Source: Eimeria praecox
Taxonomy: Eukaryota
NCBI GenBank assembly: GCA_963920595.1
Contig: OY986950.1
Coordinates: 3,038,001 to 3,102,000 of the forward strand
Direction: 5' to 3'
DNA: 64,000 nt
Shown: piece by piece, positions 60,346-64,000 of the stretch
Position numbering within the stretch: position 1 is the first letter of the stretch
Layout of the letters: each line of letters starts with the position of its first letter
Program-made: the position numbers and the translations under genes
Notes under the pieces: generated by a model
What the model was told of the DNA's origin: nothing
What the model saw: the letters and a program-made list of their open reading frames with translations, nothing else
Database searches by the model: none

Positions 60346-62869
60346 TGTGCTGTTTTGTTTTGCTGCTGCTGCTGCTGCTGTTGCTGCTGCTGCAGTTAGA
60401 GGCGAAGCAGCGGGAGATTGAGGGGCTTTCAGCAGCACTGAAGGTGGCGCAGCAGCAGCTGCAGCAGCAGAGTGGCAGCGGCGCAGCAGATGCTGCTGCT
60501 GCTGCTGCAGCAGCAGCAGCAACAGCAATAGCAAATGCAACAGCCGAAGCACAGGAAGAAAAGGCTGCTGCTGCTGAGCTGCAACGAAGAGAGCAGCAAC
60601 TGCAGCATCAGGTTGAGCAGCTGCAGCAGCAGCTGCAGCAGCAGCAAAAGAAACAGCAGCAGCAAAAGCAACAGCAGCAGCAGCATTATGAGTCGGAGAT
60701 AGAAGCTGTTCGCTCTGATGTTGCTATGCTCACTGAAGCCCTAGAAAAGGAGAAGACACAGAGAATGAAGGTCTGCTGCTGCTGCTGGTATTGCTGCTGC
60801 TGCTGCTGTTCTTGCTGCTGCTGCTGCTGCTACTTGTGCTGCTGTTCTTGCTGCTGCTGCTGCTTGTGCTGCTGTTATCGCTGCTGCTGCTGCTACTTGT
60901 GCTGCTGTTCTTGCTGCTGCTGCTGCTACTTGTGCTGCTGTTATTGCTGCTGCTGCTGCTACTTGTGCTGCTGTTCTTGGTGCTGCTGCTGCTACTTGCA
61001 GCTGCAGCACCCGCAGCTGGGCTGAGACTGTCATTGCCTGTTGTCGTTGCTGCTGCTGCTTGTGTTGCTGCTGCTGCTGCTGCAGGTCGAAGCTGCTGCT
61101 GCGCTGCAGCAGCAACGGGACGAGAAGGCTGCAGCAGATCTGAGGGCTACAAAGGAGGAGGTGAGCTTCTAGCTTGTTAGGGTGTCCTCTGTATGCTGCT
61201 GCTGCTGCTGCTGCTGCGGTTGCTGCTGCTGCGATTGCTGCTGCTGCAGTTGGTGCTACGCCAGTGCAGCAGCAAGTGGTGCTACAGCTCCTGCTGCTGC
61301 TGCTGCTGCTGCTGTTGCTGTATTGTATCTTTAGTTGGAGGTTGAGGTGGCGGCGCTTCGCTTGAGGCCTTCAACAGAAGAAGTTGCAGCCCTTCATGAA
61401 CAGCTACGGGAGCTGCAGGTGTGTTGCTACTGCTACTGCTGCTGCTGCTGCTGCTGCTATAAGTTTACTCTTGTGCTGCTGCTGCTGCTGCTATACGTTT
61501 GCTGTTGTGGTGCTGCTGCTGCTTTTGGGGATGCTGCTGCATCATTGAGGGTGATAAGCTGCTCTTCTTTGCTGCGTGTCGACGCTCCTGCTGCTGTTCT
61601 TGCTGCTGCTACTGCTGCTGCTGCTGCTGCTGCTGCAGGAGCAGCTGAATCCTCTTAAGGATTCTGAAGGCTGCGGAGACCCACGGTTTCTTATTCGCTG
61701 CGACAAGGCGTTGCAGGGGATGCAGCGGGAGACACTGCAGCAGCTCGTGAAGGTTTGCTGCTGCTGCTGCTGTTGCTGTTGTTGTTGCTGCTGCTGCTGT
61801 TGATGATGTTGTTGATGCTGCTGCTGCTGCATTTGTTGCTGCTGCTGCAGTTGACATGTTTATCCTATTGCGGCTGCTGCACGTGCTGCTGCTGCTGCTG
61901 ATCCTGATGGTGATGGTAGTGATGCTGCTGCTGCTGTTTGCTGTTGCTGCTGCTGCTTCCTGTATATAATATTTGCTGCATGTTATGGGGTGTATGTACA
62001 CTGCAGAGGTGCTGCGTGGCGTTTCGGTGTCTGCCATCGAGTCTGTCGGGGGCAGCAATGTTGCAGCAGCAGAATCAGCTGCTGCAGCAGCACCTGCTGC
62101 GGGTGAGACCGATCCCGCAGCAGCAGCAACAGCAGCAGCAGTAGCAACAGCAGCAGCAGCACCATGAGCAGCAGCAGCAGCAGTCCCCGAAGCAGCAACA
62201 TTAGAACCAACGCAACAACAGTCATAACACCATCATCATCAGCAGCCAGCAACTTGTATGAAGGAGGCAGCAGCAGCTCAACAGCAGCTCAGCAACAACA
62301 ACAACAGCAGCAGCAGCAGCAGCAGCTGCTGCTGCTGCTGCTGCGTGTGTATGTATGGGGATGTGCTGCAGGTGCTGCTGGCTTTGCTGCTAGATGCCGT
62401 GCCACCATCAGATTCTGAGCTTCTAAAGAATATGAAGAGGAGGCTCAAGCAGCAGGGGGCCCCCAAAATAACAACAGAGTGCTGCAGCAGCAGCCTGCAG
62501 CAGCAGAAGGTTCTATTCATAGTCAGAGCCATATCGAAACTCAAATGCCAGGCGAAAAGCGTAGGATATACTGCTGCTGCTCCTGCTCCTGCTGCTGCTG
62601 CTGATGCTGGGTGGCTACTTACGTCTGCTGCTCTGTCTGTGTGGGGTTGTGCAGCAAAGGCTGCTGCATCTTCTTGCTGCTGTTCAAACATTCATCCCGC
62701 GGTCGATTGCTGTTGCTGCTGTTGCTGCTGCTGCTGTTGCTGCTGTTGCTGCTGCTGCTGTTGCTTATGATGTGTCTGAACAGCTGAGCAACTACACGGC
62801 TCTGCAGCGGCTGCTGCGGGATGCTGTGGGGCCGCCAGGTTGCTGCATGCCGTCTGTAGAGGAGCAGCT

Positions 62870-62901
<32 letters not shown>

Positions 62902-63096
62902 TAGCTTCTTTAATGGAAGAATGCTGCAGCATATATCAGAAGGACCCTCTTGACCTGCTGCAGGAGAATACATCTATAGAATCATTCTTCTCTCGCTTAG
63001 CTAGCATACAGCAGCAGCACGAGGCGCAGCAGCAGACAGTGCTGGCAGCAGCAGCAGCAGCAGATGCACAGGCTGTATCGCTTCTTCGCCAAATTA

Positions 63097-63127
<31 letters not shown>

Positions 63128-63344
63128 GCAGCAACAGCAACAGCAACTAACAGCCGAGCAGCAGCAGCAGCAACAGTTTCTTTTAGATTTAAAAACACGC
63201 CTTGGATATACAACAATCGATGAGTGTATTTCAGGTGTACAGACAGCTATACGCCGACACCGCCCTCTTGACACTCTCTTCAGATCTGTTTGCGATATTC
63301 TGGGGGTCCCCCGCAGCACAGCAACTTGCTCCCAGGTACAAAGG

Positions 63345-63383
<39 letters not shown>

Positions 63384-63986
63384 TAGCAGCAGCAACAGCA
63401 GCAGCAGGAGCAGCAGTAGGTGAAGCAGCAGCAGCAGTAGTAAGTAGCTTTGGGGGCTGGAGCAGCACGAGACAGAAGAACCCGTAAATTGCAGATAGCC
63501 CGGTTTGTTAATTTGCTGCTGCTGTCATTGTTGTTGTTGTTGTTGTTGCTGCTGCTGCTGCTATTGCTGCTGTTGCTGCTGCAGGTAGAGAGGGAAGTGG
63601 TGCGGCTTCTAGAGAGCAGCAAGCAACACGCGGAGATGCTGCAGCAGCAGCAACGCCTCATTGTGCAGCAGCAAGCCATCATACTCAGCAGCAACACATT
63701 TGGCCCTCCCGCTGCTGCTGCTGCTGCTGCTGCTGCTGCAAACGCGCAGCTAGCAGCAGCAGAAGCTGCTGCTGCTCCCCAGATGCAGCTCCCAGTGGCA
63801 ACCATGCAGCAGCAGCCTCCTGCTGCTGCAGCAACAGCAACAGCAGCACCAGCAACAGCAGCAGCAGCAACAGCTACTAGTAACGAACATGGATCTGCTG
63901 CCTCTAAGGAGACAGTAGCTCGGGTCTTAAGTGAGTTGCTGCAGTCCGCCATTAACGGCCGGCCCCCCGTAAATGCTGCAGCATAG
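55652..63986 (+). CDS. Large low-complexity/coiled-coil protein, about 12 exons (55652-57830, 57994-59489, 59633-~59818, ~60033-60212, 60396-60770, 61086-61160, 61335-61418, 61639-61752, ~62007-62102, ~62372-62560, 62784-63335, 63585-63986)
   Basis: Long ORFs flanked by GT/AG sites and CTG-rich introns, with heptad-rich segments (HNEALAKLRKQNDSLAAE, KHKNEELQQQLQESKKK, LEAKQREIEGLSAALK). Some exon edges are approximate. Confidence 0.75.
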
Positions 63987-64000
63987 CAACACCAGCAGCA

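Overview
Eukaryotic, intron-rich genomic DNA with the signature of a coccidian apicomplexan, most likely an Eimeria repeat-rich segment: pervasive CAG/CTG tracts encoding poly-Q/A/S, interstitial TTTAGGG telomere-like repeats, TGCATGCA, and (TA)n/(TTTA)n/(GATA)n/TGTCTC microsatellites. The species cannot be determined from sequence alone. By hand-tracing GT-AG junctions and reading frames I support about 11 genes: a hypothetical membrane protein (-), an FHA + RSRC2/SMAP-like protein, an ApiAP2 factor (2 clear AP2 + 1 interrupted AP2 + ACDC), RTRAF, PGM3, a PPR-like protein (-), ribosomal P0 (-), PLRG1/Prp46, a possible HVA22/DP1 protein (-), a signal-peptide CS/p23-domain protein ending GEEL, and a large coiled-coil protein. 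No tRNA, rRNA, transposon ORF or CRISPR array was seen, and most long ORF-track entries are repeat artefacts. The most unusual structures are the tandemly amplified PGM3 3' end interleaved with telomeric repeats that supply its stop codon, tandem decoy splice acceptors in PGM3 introns, a dispersed GTGT-N4-ACAC palindrome family with a perfect 26-bp-arm hairpin, (TAGC)n tracts just 3' of genes, and an array of pyrimidine-CAG|GT units. None of these demonstrates a new system; they are leads. Family calls come from remembered motifs, not database searches.
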